64,000 nt of DNA, from positions 744,001 through 808,000 of the forward strand of contig NC_087252.1 of assembly GCF_037042905.1 (NCBI RefSeq), given 5' to 3'. How positions within the stretch are numbered: the first letter of the stretch is position 1; every line of letters starts with the position of its first letter. The position numbers were made by a program, and so were the translations under genes. This document shows, one piece after another, positions 46,190 through 57,654 of this stretch. Source of the stretch: Lytechinus pictus. Lineage: Eukaryota. The notes beneath the pieces are model-generated. The model searched no databases. It saw only the letters and a list, made by a program, of their open reading frames with translations, and was not told where the DNA came from.

Positions 46190-46543
46190 CACTACAGCCA
46201 ATATAACTGGTAAGCACATATTTAACAGACAAAAAAAAAAAATTACCTACTTTCCACAATTCAAATCCAACAAATTAATATTTTGAAACAAAATAATTAT
46301 CCTTCAAAGCAATGGGGCATAGTACATGTAAGCAGTTTGCACTAATGAGTAAAGCATCAAGGCATATAGCTCCCGGGCATACCAATATGCAACTTTCACA
46401 TCTTTGGCATCGACATTGCATGTGTTGACAAAGCTAATTGTTTTCATATTCAGTTCATTCAGCAGGATTGGCTGATTTAAATCACGTTGATTTTAATCGC
46501 GATTTAAATCACTGTGATCATTTTTTTCAAATCATTGATTTAA

Positions 46544-47898
46544 AGGTCATATCAACCCCAGAAAAAAGAGTTTAATTTAATAAACATAGAGAAAAATCAA
46601 ACAAGAATAACGCTGGAAACTACATCAAAATTGGATGTAAAATAGTTTATGATAACATTTTAAAGTTTCGCTTATTTTTCACAAAACAGATGGGTGTTTT
46701 ATAAAGCTGTTCGTAAGTTAAGAGCGACTTTAAGAACGATTTGAGATCCTTTCTTGTGGTAAATTGTATATACATTGGCGATGGTTTATCGCGTAAGAAG
46801 TGTTCACCAGTCGTTCTTTAAAGGGGAATCCAACCCAAATAAAAACTTGTTTTTATAAGGAAAAGAAAAATCAGACAAGTTGATAGGTGAAAGTTTGAAC
46901 AATATTGGACATACAACAAGAAAGTTATGAATTTTTAAAAGTTGTAAATATTGGTAATCACTATACCCATGGAGACTTCAAATTGGCCGCATATGGGATG
47001 TCATAGTGATGTAAGGCAAGGACTACTCTTCCATGTACTCCAATACATATTATGGCTAAAATGTCATTTTTCCCAAAAGTTTTATTTCAAATTATATTTT
47101 TCTTTCATGAGGACATAAAACAATATACTACCTTGGTTATATTTAGATTACTCCCCCAGGGGAATGGGTACTTAGGAGAAAACCACAAATCCCTGATAAT
47201 AAAGTACATGGCCTATGGAAAAGTTGTCCTTGCCCCTTGTCATAATTTACTTACCCAGTTGCCAATTTGAAATCTACATAGTATTAGTGATCTCAATTTT
47301 AAAGCAGCTATAACTTTCTTTTTGCTTATCCGATTTCTTTCAAACTTTCACCATTCTGTTTAATTTATTTTTCTCCTTCCCAACACAACATTTTATGGCC
47401 AAGGCTGGATTCCCCTTTAAGTCGCTCTTAACTTGTGAACAGCTTTATGAAACGGCCCCCAGTTATAATGACAATTCAGTGATATGAAAATTAGAGAGTC
47501 GATGATGTCACTCACTCACTATTGCTTTTGCATTTTTACTGTTTGAATTATACAACATTTCAATTTTTACGAATTTAACAAATAGGACCCTCTTGTTTGA
47601 ACTACAAAATGTTAAAACAATGTAATCCCACATGGTCAGGGAGGAATGATTTTTTTTCATAAAAATATTTCATATTTCACATAATAAAAAAAAAAAAAAT
47701 ATGAGTGATGTCATCGCCCTAATTTGCATACCGACAAGGATTTGCATATAACCACGGTTTTGTGAAATTAAGCAAAAATTTTAAACGTCATTACTTTCTT
47801 CTTTTAGATCGGATTTTGATGAAATTTTCAGCGTTATGCTTGTCTGATTTTCTCTTACTATTCAAAGCAGCTTTTTGTTGGGGTGCATGACTTTTCCT
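46544..47898. mobile_element. Kolobok-type MITE carrying two further nested MITEs
   Basis: TTAA TSD; contains a CAG-flanked MITE (about 46690-47459), which itself contains a TTAA-flanked AGGGGAATCC...GGATTCCCCT element (46822-47416). Confidence 0.75.
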
Positions 47899-48810
47899 TT
47901 AAATCACTTCCATTGAAACATGTACAAATTATTTGGGATTTTTTATTGTTTGTGGCAGTTTTACTTTTTAAATTAAAAAGAGAAAGATTTTACCAACTTT
48001 ATATCATGAGAACAGGAATAAATCCTTCATATCTACTCAGAACAATTGAAATCAAATCAATGAAATCAAGTCAATCTTGCAAAACCAAAGATGAACATGT
48101 AGCCTACATTATATGCGACCCCAACTCAACTTGTATGTATGAGTAGACTTTGTTAATAGTAAAACAAATTTCTTGTTTCTTTATGTCAAAATTCAAAAGT
48201 GTTTTAGAGGGCAGTTTTCAAGAAAGTAAAGGAACTCTGAACTTATTAGGCTGAATCTCAACATGATAGATTTTTGCCAGGATGGGTTATAACCATGGAT
48301 CCTATACTAGAAAAAGCCTGTTCAGACATTCTGAGTAGGATTGTGCTTCATTCAGCCAGTTCACTGAAAAAGGTTCAGTAATTAAGTACATGTACATTTA
48401 TTTTAAAATATGTATGAATGTTCTTGGCAAAGGGCACTAACATGACTAAATCATAACAACTATACATTTTAGTGCCCTTTGCCAAAATGATTTATGTTTG
48501 TACATTTTTAAGTGAATATTTTGAATTGAGTACAATAAAAGTAAAAATCGGCAACGTCCCTGCTTACCCAATACACCGATATTTTAACATTTCTATTCCT
48601 TTACATGTTCCTGTATTCAAATAAATAGGCCGACACAGTAGTATAAGGGAACCCGTTTTCTTATTTTAGCAAAACTGCTGCTAAAATACCAGTTTTCCAG
48701 TTTATTGTAAACGAAATCATTTAAATCAACTTGCAAGTTTGTCAAAACTTTGCAAGCCAATGCTTTGAAACAGTCAAATAGTTCCAACTATGGCTCAAAG
48801 AAGAACTTAA

Positions 48811-49407
48811 AGGAATTGTCCAGGCTGGAGAAATTATGATACATGTATCAATAAATAAAGTAAAATTCACAGAGTAAAATACTGAAATTTGATCAAAATC
48901 GGATAACAAATAACAAAGTTATTGAATTTTAAAGATTTCTTTTCGATTATTCCGGTAAAACATTTCTAGGCATGTCTTCATGAATATCCGTTAGTTGGGC
49001 TTATGATGGCATATCTCCACTTGTTCTTTTGATTATGATTATGTGAAATTAGGTTTATTAAAAAGGAATTTACCAAGAACTAAAAACAATTGAATTGGCA
49101 ACTAATTAAGTACATTAGTTATTTATTGCCGCAACTTATTTCATCATAATGGAGACACATTATTTACACATGTATAAAAAAAATGAAACAATTATGATTT
49201 CATGTTATAAGAAAAAGGAAAGAGGGGATGTGACATCATCAACCCACCAAATGAACATTCATGACGATGTAAATATAACTGTTTTCACAAAATACTGATA
49301 AACTTTAAAATACAATAACTTTGTTATTTGTCATCCAATTTTGGTGAAATTTTCATCATTTTACTCTATTTATTTAGATCTGAATATTTTCAGCCCGGTC
49401 CATTCCT
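48811..49407. mobile_element. Kolobok-type MITE
   Basis: TTAA|AGGAAT...ATTCCT|TTAA. Confidence 0.75.
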
Positions 49408-50429
49408 TTAAGGTTGATACAAACAAAAATAAATGCAGTCGGTCAAAGCTTTGAAAGCCAATGCTTTGAAACTGTCGTTCCAACTGTGGCTCAAAGAACA
49501 ACTTGGGGTTAAAAAACAAAAGATAAATGCAGTTTTCTTTAACATGTATGATCTTCAATCCTTGACCTGAAAATAAAATTTAAAAAATATATCTCTTTGG
49601 AGAACTTGAATCTCTGAGTCATGGAATTCTTCCAAATAAACTGTTCCTCATTAAATACCAAGAGCTTTGAAAATGAGCACCAACTTTGCATGTTTGCAGC
49701 ATTAGCTGTACCAAGACAGTTCCTTTGAACCAGTACTTTAGACACAGCAGAAAATGTCAGCTTCTTTATGGCTTTAATATTTTCTATAAATTATATTTTG
49801 ACTGGATTTGATTATGAAATAGTTAAGAATAATTTTGGTGGTGAAATGCATAATTTTAAAATTGATGTCAGTGTAAAGGGTTATATTTTGGGTGTTTGCA
49901 CTTTGTTAAAAAAAAATTGTTAGAAAAAATCAGATTGAAATTTAAAAAAATCTGATTTAAATCAAATAGATCCGATTTAGGTTTATATAAAAAAATTGCC
50001 AACATTTTCATTCAGCATACTTTTGAGTTTGAAAGTACCTGATTATCACATACATTATGGCTGGCATAAAAACACTTTTAATATAAAGGTGAACGAATGT
50101 TGCTGGGCATGACAACTTACACAAGGCTAATTCAGGCTAATTAATATCAAACTGAGCTAACATAACAGTAAAACGGGTTGAATACAGTAGCATGGAGAAG
50201 TGACTACAAATACAAGATCCAATCAAGAAACTATGGTTAGAAGTTAATTCCAAACAGGAACAAAATAAAACATAGCTATCCTGTTTGATTAAAAGTATGA
50301 TAGTTTACAAACTTACAATCGTGAAATTTAAGATTTTCATTTTGTAAACTATCATATTTAATATTTAAGTTCTGAATTTTATGAGAATGGTGTTTTTGAG
50401 TTTGATATTTTGGGTTTTAAGTACCATAT

Positions 50430-51190
50430 GATAAATGTTTTAAGGAATACTGGTTTAATTTACAAACTTAAGCTTAGTTTGCTTCATAAAAATCTGATAA
50501 CTTTATACCATTCCATGATTTTCTCTTATTTAAAATATTGCAATACCAATGTAACCTCATATGAATTGGACTCAATATTCAAAAGAAATGTTTAAGAATA
50601 ATTACCTATTCTAATAGCACCATCCGCACCTTTATTTATAAATAAGCGAGAACTCACAATATTTATCTATAAGTTCAAGAAGAGGTAGTTGTTACCCATG
50701 TAGTTTTCAGATCTTTTTCAATGCAATAATCAAGTTCATAACCATAATACCCGTTCTTCCAATAAATTTCATTTATGGTCTATTAGGTCTATAGTCACGA
50801 AGCTGAGTTATGTAGGTCCCAAACAATGGAATGAGATTCCCCAAATAATAACTAATTCACAATTTATATATTCTTTTAGAAAACAGTATTCAAATTTTCT
50901 AGGAAATTATTATTAATTCTCACACATGATATCAATGCATACTTGTAACGTATCTACCCCCCTCAACTCGTGTTTTTTTCCTCCTTTTTATATACACTAT
51001 TAACTATAATGATATGATATTCTGTTTTGTATTAATGTTGTTTTGTTTTTACTATGTTTTGGCGAGCCTCACATGTTTCTTATTACCTTCATGGGAAGCC
51101 ACGCAATTTATTTTTATTATCTGATCACATTATTTGATGTTTCCTTGTATTTTTATCCTATTTGCGAAATAAAGATTGTATTGAATTGAA
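50430..51190 (+). mobile_element. Degraded CR1/L2-group LINE 3' fragment
   Basis: LITLYHSMIFSYLKYCN motif, broken frames, AATAAA and ATTGA-type tail. Confidence 0.65.
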
Positions 51191-53787
51191 TATATATAGA
51201 GAGCTATGATAAAACCATCCACTATTTTGGGCCATGGAGCAAGGTTTTGGCCATACATGCAGCTGCTCAGTGGAATGTCATATGTAAACACTGTCTGATG
51301 GCCTGAGCGAGGGTATTACATAATAACCCTGCTCATGGCTCTGTGGTTGAAGTAGGGGATTATCTATACTCCTCAGTGGTCATAAAATTTGGTTTACAGA
51401 CAGATGAAGTTATCCAATGAAAGCTCTCTGAAATTTTGGGTGGGTGGGACTTATTTTGACCGTGGGAACAAGATTTCCAAAGAAGAAGCAGACTCTGAAA
51501 TGGCTCGCTTCGCTCGCCCTTTCAGGCTGGTTTGCTTCGCAAACCAGCTGCAGATCCCACTTCACGAGCCATTCAGAGTCTGCATAGCAGACTAAGCGCA
51601 CCCGGCGGAGGCCGCGCTAGCTGCGTCATGCACGATTGCCCGTTCCATAGGGATGCATACGCACTCACAGAGATACGGAGATCCGTTCCGAGGACCCCCG
51701 TTTCACAAACATTTGTAGTTCCGAAGCCCGTTCCGAGGATCCTCCTTTTTACAATAAGCCCGCTCCAAGGCCCCCGTTTTTTTGCCTCGCCCGCGGCACA
51801 CCCCTACCACTTTTTTGGTCGAGTGCCCCCCCCCCCGGGTTCGGACAGCTTGACTGTCCGTCTTCTTCTCTTCTTCTATCCACTGTTTCTATAACACTCC
51901 ACATGGTGTACCGTAAACCACATCAGCAATTGTACATGCCACCATGCAAACCTTCAAACAACACAAGAATATCCTTGTATTTCAGATTTTCTTTTCAATT
52001 TGCCAGGACCTTTTTCAAAGAGTAAACTTTTATTGAAATGAACTGTATCTAGGATCAACTCCCATAACTTCCGAAATAAAAAGAAAATTCGTGTCCAAAT
52101 AGGAATTAGGTATTGTTAAAACAACCGTTTACACTAGGTGATAAGATGTGGTGCTGGAGGCATTGCATGTCAGGCATAAAATAGGCACTTTGGTAAACAT
52201 CTATTCTACTCATAACAATAAACATTGACCTTGCAAAATAATTTAAATACCTTTTCAAGTCCTTATAAAATTGACCTATGCACCTGATGCATGCAAAGCC
52301 ATTGTTCGCAGACTGAAATCATGAAATCGGCTTTTGAATAGCATGGTCTTGACAGAGTTTACTCTTTTATTTTGTCAGTCAACCATAAATCGTAACAAAA
52401 AAGATTTATGCACTTGACGCCCGCCGTCGCCAGTTGCTGAACTTCTAAATATGACAAAATATGTCAATTCAATTCAATGCCAGAAGCAGTCCCAATGTAC
52501 TGTGACAGGGAGGAGGTGAGGGAGGGGGGCATTTATGACAACCTTAATGTTACAGCTTTTCTCCATTGATTTACACGAGTAGGATCTTTATTGTTTAACA
52601 TTATTCTCTCTGCTTATTCCCATTTTGCCTCCTCCCCATGTGTTTGTTTTCTTTTTACCTTTCCACTTCTTAAAATATCATGGAGATCATTGCTCTCTGT
52701 GCCCCTGGTTAACGCCCACACTGTAAAGAATATTGGGTAAAATTTTAACCAGCGCGAGGGTAATTATGTGCCCAAATTATGTGTCCAACCAATTTGGGGC
52801 AGTATTATACCAAATGCGGGAAGTATATTGTCCAGTAAGGTTAAAAAGATCGAATGGGCAAAATTTTCATCACACTGGATAAATAAAAATGCCCCGAACG
52901 AAATGCCCAATGTTGATTGGACACATAATTACCCTCATGGAGCACTTTTACCCAAACTTTTTTTTGTGGATTAGGGTACCATTGGGTTGCAAATCTCGCT
53001 TTTTGGAGCATCTTCGCTTCTCGTCAGACTATATCATCCGACCGCATTTAAAGGGCTAAACTTTCCATCCTCTGGACTCGGGTTTAAATCAAACTCTGGC
53101 CTAAAGTTGTGATTTATCCACTTGTAGCACAGCACAAGTTCAATTATTTATCACTTTATTTGACTCCGGTCTATCAAAGAATGATACAATATTTGTTCAC
53201 CTTTAACGCATTAATAAAGAGCACAGTCATAAAAAAATGCAATGAAAACAGCAATTTTGGCTTCCCATAAATTTACCATCGTGATTAGACCATAATAAAG
53301 TAACACAGAAGGCTCTTAGATTCTCGGTGAAGAGGAAAGAAACCCTCCCGTTCCGACAAAGACTTTTTACAATAACAAAATCACAAATTATGTAAAAGCC
53401 AATCATATAATATAATTTGTTATTGTAAAATTTATTAAACAGACCCCCATTTACGTGACATTTGTTCCGGCTACAATTGTTCCAAAACTATATGAAAACA
53501 CGCAAAATAATAAATTCCAATACCTGTTCAAATACTGTAAACATTCACACGAAAGTAAGTCAACTGAATCAATTAAATTGACTTTACGAAGGTATTGTCA
53601 TGAATGAATGATTTTTACTTTTTCATATTTTCTCAGTCGACCCGAAGATTTATTTTCAAATATGTCTTTGCTAACGCCCACTCTCGGTGGTTATTGAAGT
53701 TTTATGACCCCCCCCCCCCCCCCCAGTTTGTTCAGTAGTCATGCAGCAGGGAGATCTGCAGGGGCCCGTTGCAAAAAGAGTTGCAAT

Positions 53788-53909
53788 CAGTAGCGTACCG
53801 TGAACCGCAGGAGACAAAGCATTGGGGGGGCAGTGCATTGTCTGTGAACAATGCTTTGCCCCGCCCCCCCCCCAATGCTTTGTCTCCTCCGAGTCACGGT
53901 ACGCTACTG
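53788..53909. mobile_element. 122 bp hAT-type MITE
   Basis: TIR CAGTAGCGTACCGTGA; 8 bp TSD GTTGCAAT; empty site near 40438. Confidence 0.9.
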
Positions 53910-55164
53910 GTTGCAATCAAACGCAACTCAAAAAATGTTGTGCAACCTGATTTTCAGCCAATGAAGCACCCGTATTTGGAACTTGCGCTTGATATTTTGA
54001 CTTGGGTTTAAACATAACTCTTTCGGCAATAGGCCCCTGGGCCCCATCTTACACAGAATTACTATTGATCCGATCAACCTTTTGTATATGGAAATCCACC
54101 AATGACATTTTTTCTTCAGAAAATTTGCACGATTTCCTTTGTAAACAAAGAGAAGCACACTTTATTTTCAAGAAAAATATTAATACATGAATATACATCA
54201 TATCCAGAAAATATTTTGAACAAATTTGCATTTTAGATGTTGAGGTTGCTGGCTTTCCATAATTGTAGTTGATCGGATCAATCGCAACTCTTTGTAAGAC
54301 GGGGTCCAGATATCTTTGAAAAAATACTTCACATTCATATACCCTGGAAATATCTCGAGATCCTCAGGAACTTCAACTCCGGAAAACTGATGTAGGGCCT
54401 AAACATGCAAAAGCAAAACCCCAGCGAAATAATTCATTTCACTTCATTTATTTCATTTCCCACAAAATATATCAAAATACAGTTTGATCAAATTCAATAA
54501 GTCAATGCAATAAACAAAATTGTAACATCATTGAAATGATTGAAATTTTACTTAGTTTAATTTTAGTCACACGTTTTTAAAGTAATTTCCTTTATTTCTA
54601 TGATTTTGTTCGTCTTTTAAACTGTCTTGATTTTAATCTAGGTTTTTATTTTTTGTTTTGATTAATTTAATGTGATATCATTGATATGTCATGTAATTTT
54701 GATTGTGTCTTGTATTTTACTTTATATTAATTGTATTTCATTTATTTTGTAAATCTTTCTATGTCTACAGGGCTCTTTTGTAAAGCAGGCCTTTGGGCTC
54801 TGAAAGGACTACCCTGTTTTTAAATAAAACTGAATAAATAAATAAATAAATTAAATGAAAATGTATCAACTAACAATAACAAAAAAGGTGTGACACTTAA
54901 AGAAACAGATTTATGTTTTGTTAAAGTGGGGTAGCCAATTCCATTATCACAAAATATTTTTTTTTTAGGGGGTGCACAACCAGTGGCGGTCTGGGGGGTG
55001 GCACATCCGGTGCGTGCTCCCCTTCTGAGAGTCATAACATAATCATTCAGAGAATATGCCGTCCATATAGTGAATTGAAGACATTTTTGTCATTTTTTCT
55101 GGAAGTAAATGATCTGCATTTTGTAGTGAATACGTTTTTTTTCTTGACATTTTTTTCCGCCAAC

Positions 55165-55433
55165 CAGTGGCGTACCTAGGATTTTCCACAGGGGGGGCAA
55201 AACCGTCCGCCAAAAAATTTGACAAGCAAAAAAAATTGACAAGCAAAAAAAAAAAAAAAAAAAAGGTCTTCAAGCTCGTCAGGGGGGCATTGAAGGTTTT
55301 AAAGCTCGTCAGGGGGGGCAAAAAAGGTTTTTCAAGTCCGTCAGGGGGGGGCAAAGATACGTTTTTGCATGGGTTTTGACTCGTCAGGGGGGGCAGAGTG
55401 CCCCCCCTGCCCCCCCCCGTAGGTACGCTAGTG
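55165..55433. mobile_element. hAT-type MITE, same family as 45898-46189
   Basis: 8 bp TSD CCGCCAAC; empty site near 41673. Confidence 0.9.
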
Positions 55434-55970
55434 CCGCCAACATAATGCCCCCCCCCCTTGGAAAATCCCAGATCCGCCCCTGTTCACAACCTCAGCCAAT
55501 TTGTTGAGTCTACTAAGGGACGCCCCATAAGATACCCAGGGGGGCGTGAATTTTGGGTTGATGCAATTTCTTTTCCTTTCTTCTTTGAGTAAAGTTTTTT
55601 TTTCCTTAGTCTGTTGAGACAATTTTTTTTGCCCCTTTCAGATGATTTGTCAGTGGACCAATTTTTTTTTTTTTACTCTGATGGTGAGTCAAGTTTTTAT
55701 TTTTGCTTATAAAGCAAATCATTTTTTTTTTTGGGGGGGCTAATAGTGCGTCCCGTAGAAAAGGGTTGTGAAAGTAAACGGAAAGAGGGAGGAAGGGCAG
55801 AAACCATATGGGAGTGAAAAGAAAGAAGAAAGGGATTTTTCTTCTTCCAGGGTATTGAGTCGTATGCCCTTTGATCTCTGTCCACTCCAGAAAAAAAAAT
55901 TGATATGAAGAAAAAGAAGAAAATCAAACCAGCAAAACACTGAAAATGTCATCGAAATCGGATATGAAAT

Positions 55971-56153
55971 GTGTGTGTGTGTGTGTGTGTGTATTTGAGT
56001 TTTGTCAAACGTGTATCAATCAGATATGATTATTTACGTCTGGGACCGACCTTTAACGTCACCATCCGAAAGACGTGACCAGGGCTCGAACCTCTGTATC
56101 AATTTGAAACTTCCCCACAGCTTGAATTACAGGCGCACGCCACAACGCCCATT
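55971..56153 (-). mobile_element. SINE with 7SL-like head, Deu/Nin-like core and (CA)n tail, copy 2
   Basis: Closely similar to 7713-7890; TSD T(A/G)TGAAAT at 55963-55970 and 56154-56161; absent at the paralogous site near 42257. Confidence 0.85.
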
Positions 56154-57422
56154 TGTGAAATAATATAGTTATGGCATTTTAAAGTTTCGCTTATTTTTCA
56201 CAAAACAGTTATATGCACAATACAACTCAGTGGTATGCAAATGAGAGAGCCGCCGATGTCTCTAACTCACTATTTCTTTAGTTTTGTATTGTTTGAATTA
56301 TACAATATTCAAATTTTTACAGACTTTTAAGGACCCTCTTGTTAGAACCACAAAATGTTAAAACTATAATAATTACACTTGTTCAGGGAAGAATAAAACT
56401 TTGTTTTATATAAAAACGGGGAGAAAATTAGAATATTTCATATTCTATGTAATGAAATACAAAAGAAATAGTGAGTGGATGATGTCATCAGTCCCCTCAT
56501 TTGCATACCGACCAGGATGTGAATATAACTATTAGCGTGAAATTAAGCAAAACTTTCTTATTTCACATCCAATTTGATGAATTTTTCAGTGTTATGCTTG
56601 TTTGATTTGTCTCTTTTCATTCAAACTATCTTTTTGTTGGGGGGACTTGTCATTTAATGATGTGGCACTGGAGCACAGATGGGGGTGGGGGCCTAGGGGT
56701 CATGCTCCACCGGCCCGACCAAGAAAACAAAAATGAAAAAGAAAGTTAAAGAGTAAAATTTGATATTTTCTGAATATTATATCAAAATTTATTCAATTAT
56801 AAGATCTCTTGTATGAAAAATGTCTAAATTTTCATTGCTCACTCGCTTCGCTCGCTCGCTTCTTTTTGTCTTATTTATAAAGTCCTTTTGCTCCGTCCGC
56901 CATTTCTGGCCCCCTCGAATTTCGAGGAACTTTTACGTCACTGAGTGGTGGTGTAAAATGTATCCATTATTTATTGGGGGAAGCTTTGCCATACCCTTCG
57001 AGACATAGGTGCCGCTGTTTCTCTCTTTGTCAATCATTTTCATATTCAGCTATATTGAATAAGGTTTTGCAGGCGAGCAGAGTCGTTCCCTTTTTTTTTT
57101 ATCTCTCTCTCTTTCTTCCAAAAATTATTCATATTTATAAGTAGTTGTAAATAGCTATAAATTTGTTTTTTTAAGTCAGCACTGCCCGCGATGTTGAATC
57201 GAGTAATGCAGGGCGAGACCAGAAGCATTCCATTTTGGCGCAAATATTCACTGCTGAATGATACAAGCCGTATAAGCTAAAACAACAACAACAACAATTT
57301 TCTCCCCCCCCCCCCACTCTCTCTCTCTATGTATTTCTTTTTTTTAAAGAAATATTCATTTTAGTAGTTATACCTAGCGTAATGTCGGCGAGACGGCCAG
57401 ATCAGAGGCGTTCCACTTATTA

Positions 57423-57537
57423 TGACGTCACTCTTTTCATAAGTGAAGAAAAAGGTCAAATTCTTATGGAATTTGGCACACCCTTTGTACATTTTTTTCA
57501 GTTGGGACAAAAATCATCGATCCGAAAAGATATAAAT
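57423..57537 (+). promoter_or_regulatory. Candidate promoter: CRE palindrome and TATA box
   Basis: TGACGTCA at 57423-57430 and TATAAAT at 57531-57537, about 120 bp before ATG 57655. Confidence 0.45.
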
Positions 57538-57654
57538 ATGCAGTGCGTTATTGTTGATAAAACTAGATCGACTCAATCCATGAAGGCTGCAGTATCCTCT
57601 TAGACCTCTTGATATATATTGTTTCTGGGTGTTGCTCTAAAACCAAATCTAACG

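Larger units (their letters stand above)
43579..51594. mobile_element. 8.0 kb non-autonomous TAG...CTA element with 9 bp TSD (Academ-like)
   Basis: TAGTCT...AGACTA termini; TSD AGCGCACCC at 43570-43578 and 51595-51603; no transposase ORF recognised. Confidence 0.8.
43034..51839. mobile_element. Unclassified TIR element with 8 bp TSD (about 540 bp without its nested inserts)
   Basis: TIR CCCGG(G)nCACTC / GAGTG(C)nCCGGG; TSD TTCGGACA at 43026-43033 and 51840-51847; empty site near 17516. Confidence 0.88.
42780..51962 (-). mobile_element. Second copy of the Penelope-like remnant, split by an 8.8 kb insertion
   Basis: 42780-43033 plus 51848-51962 reconstitute 17270-17638; flanking repeat ACAAGAATATCCTT. 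Confidence 0.7.
42589..56493 (+). repeat. Segmental duplication unit B, second copy of about 36940-42588
   Basis: Junction GATGTCATCAGTC|AGAAATTGTGAG at 42588/42589; colinear with 17079-20044 and 40417-42588 once the insertions are removed. Confidence 0.88.
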
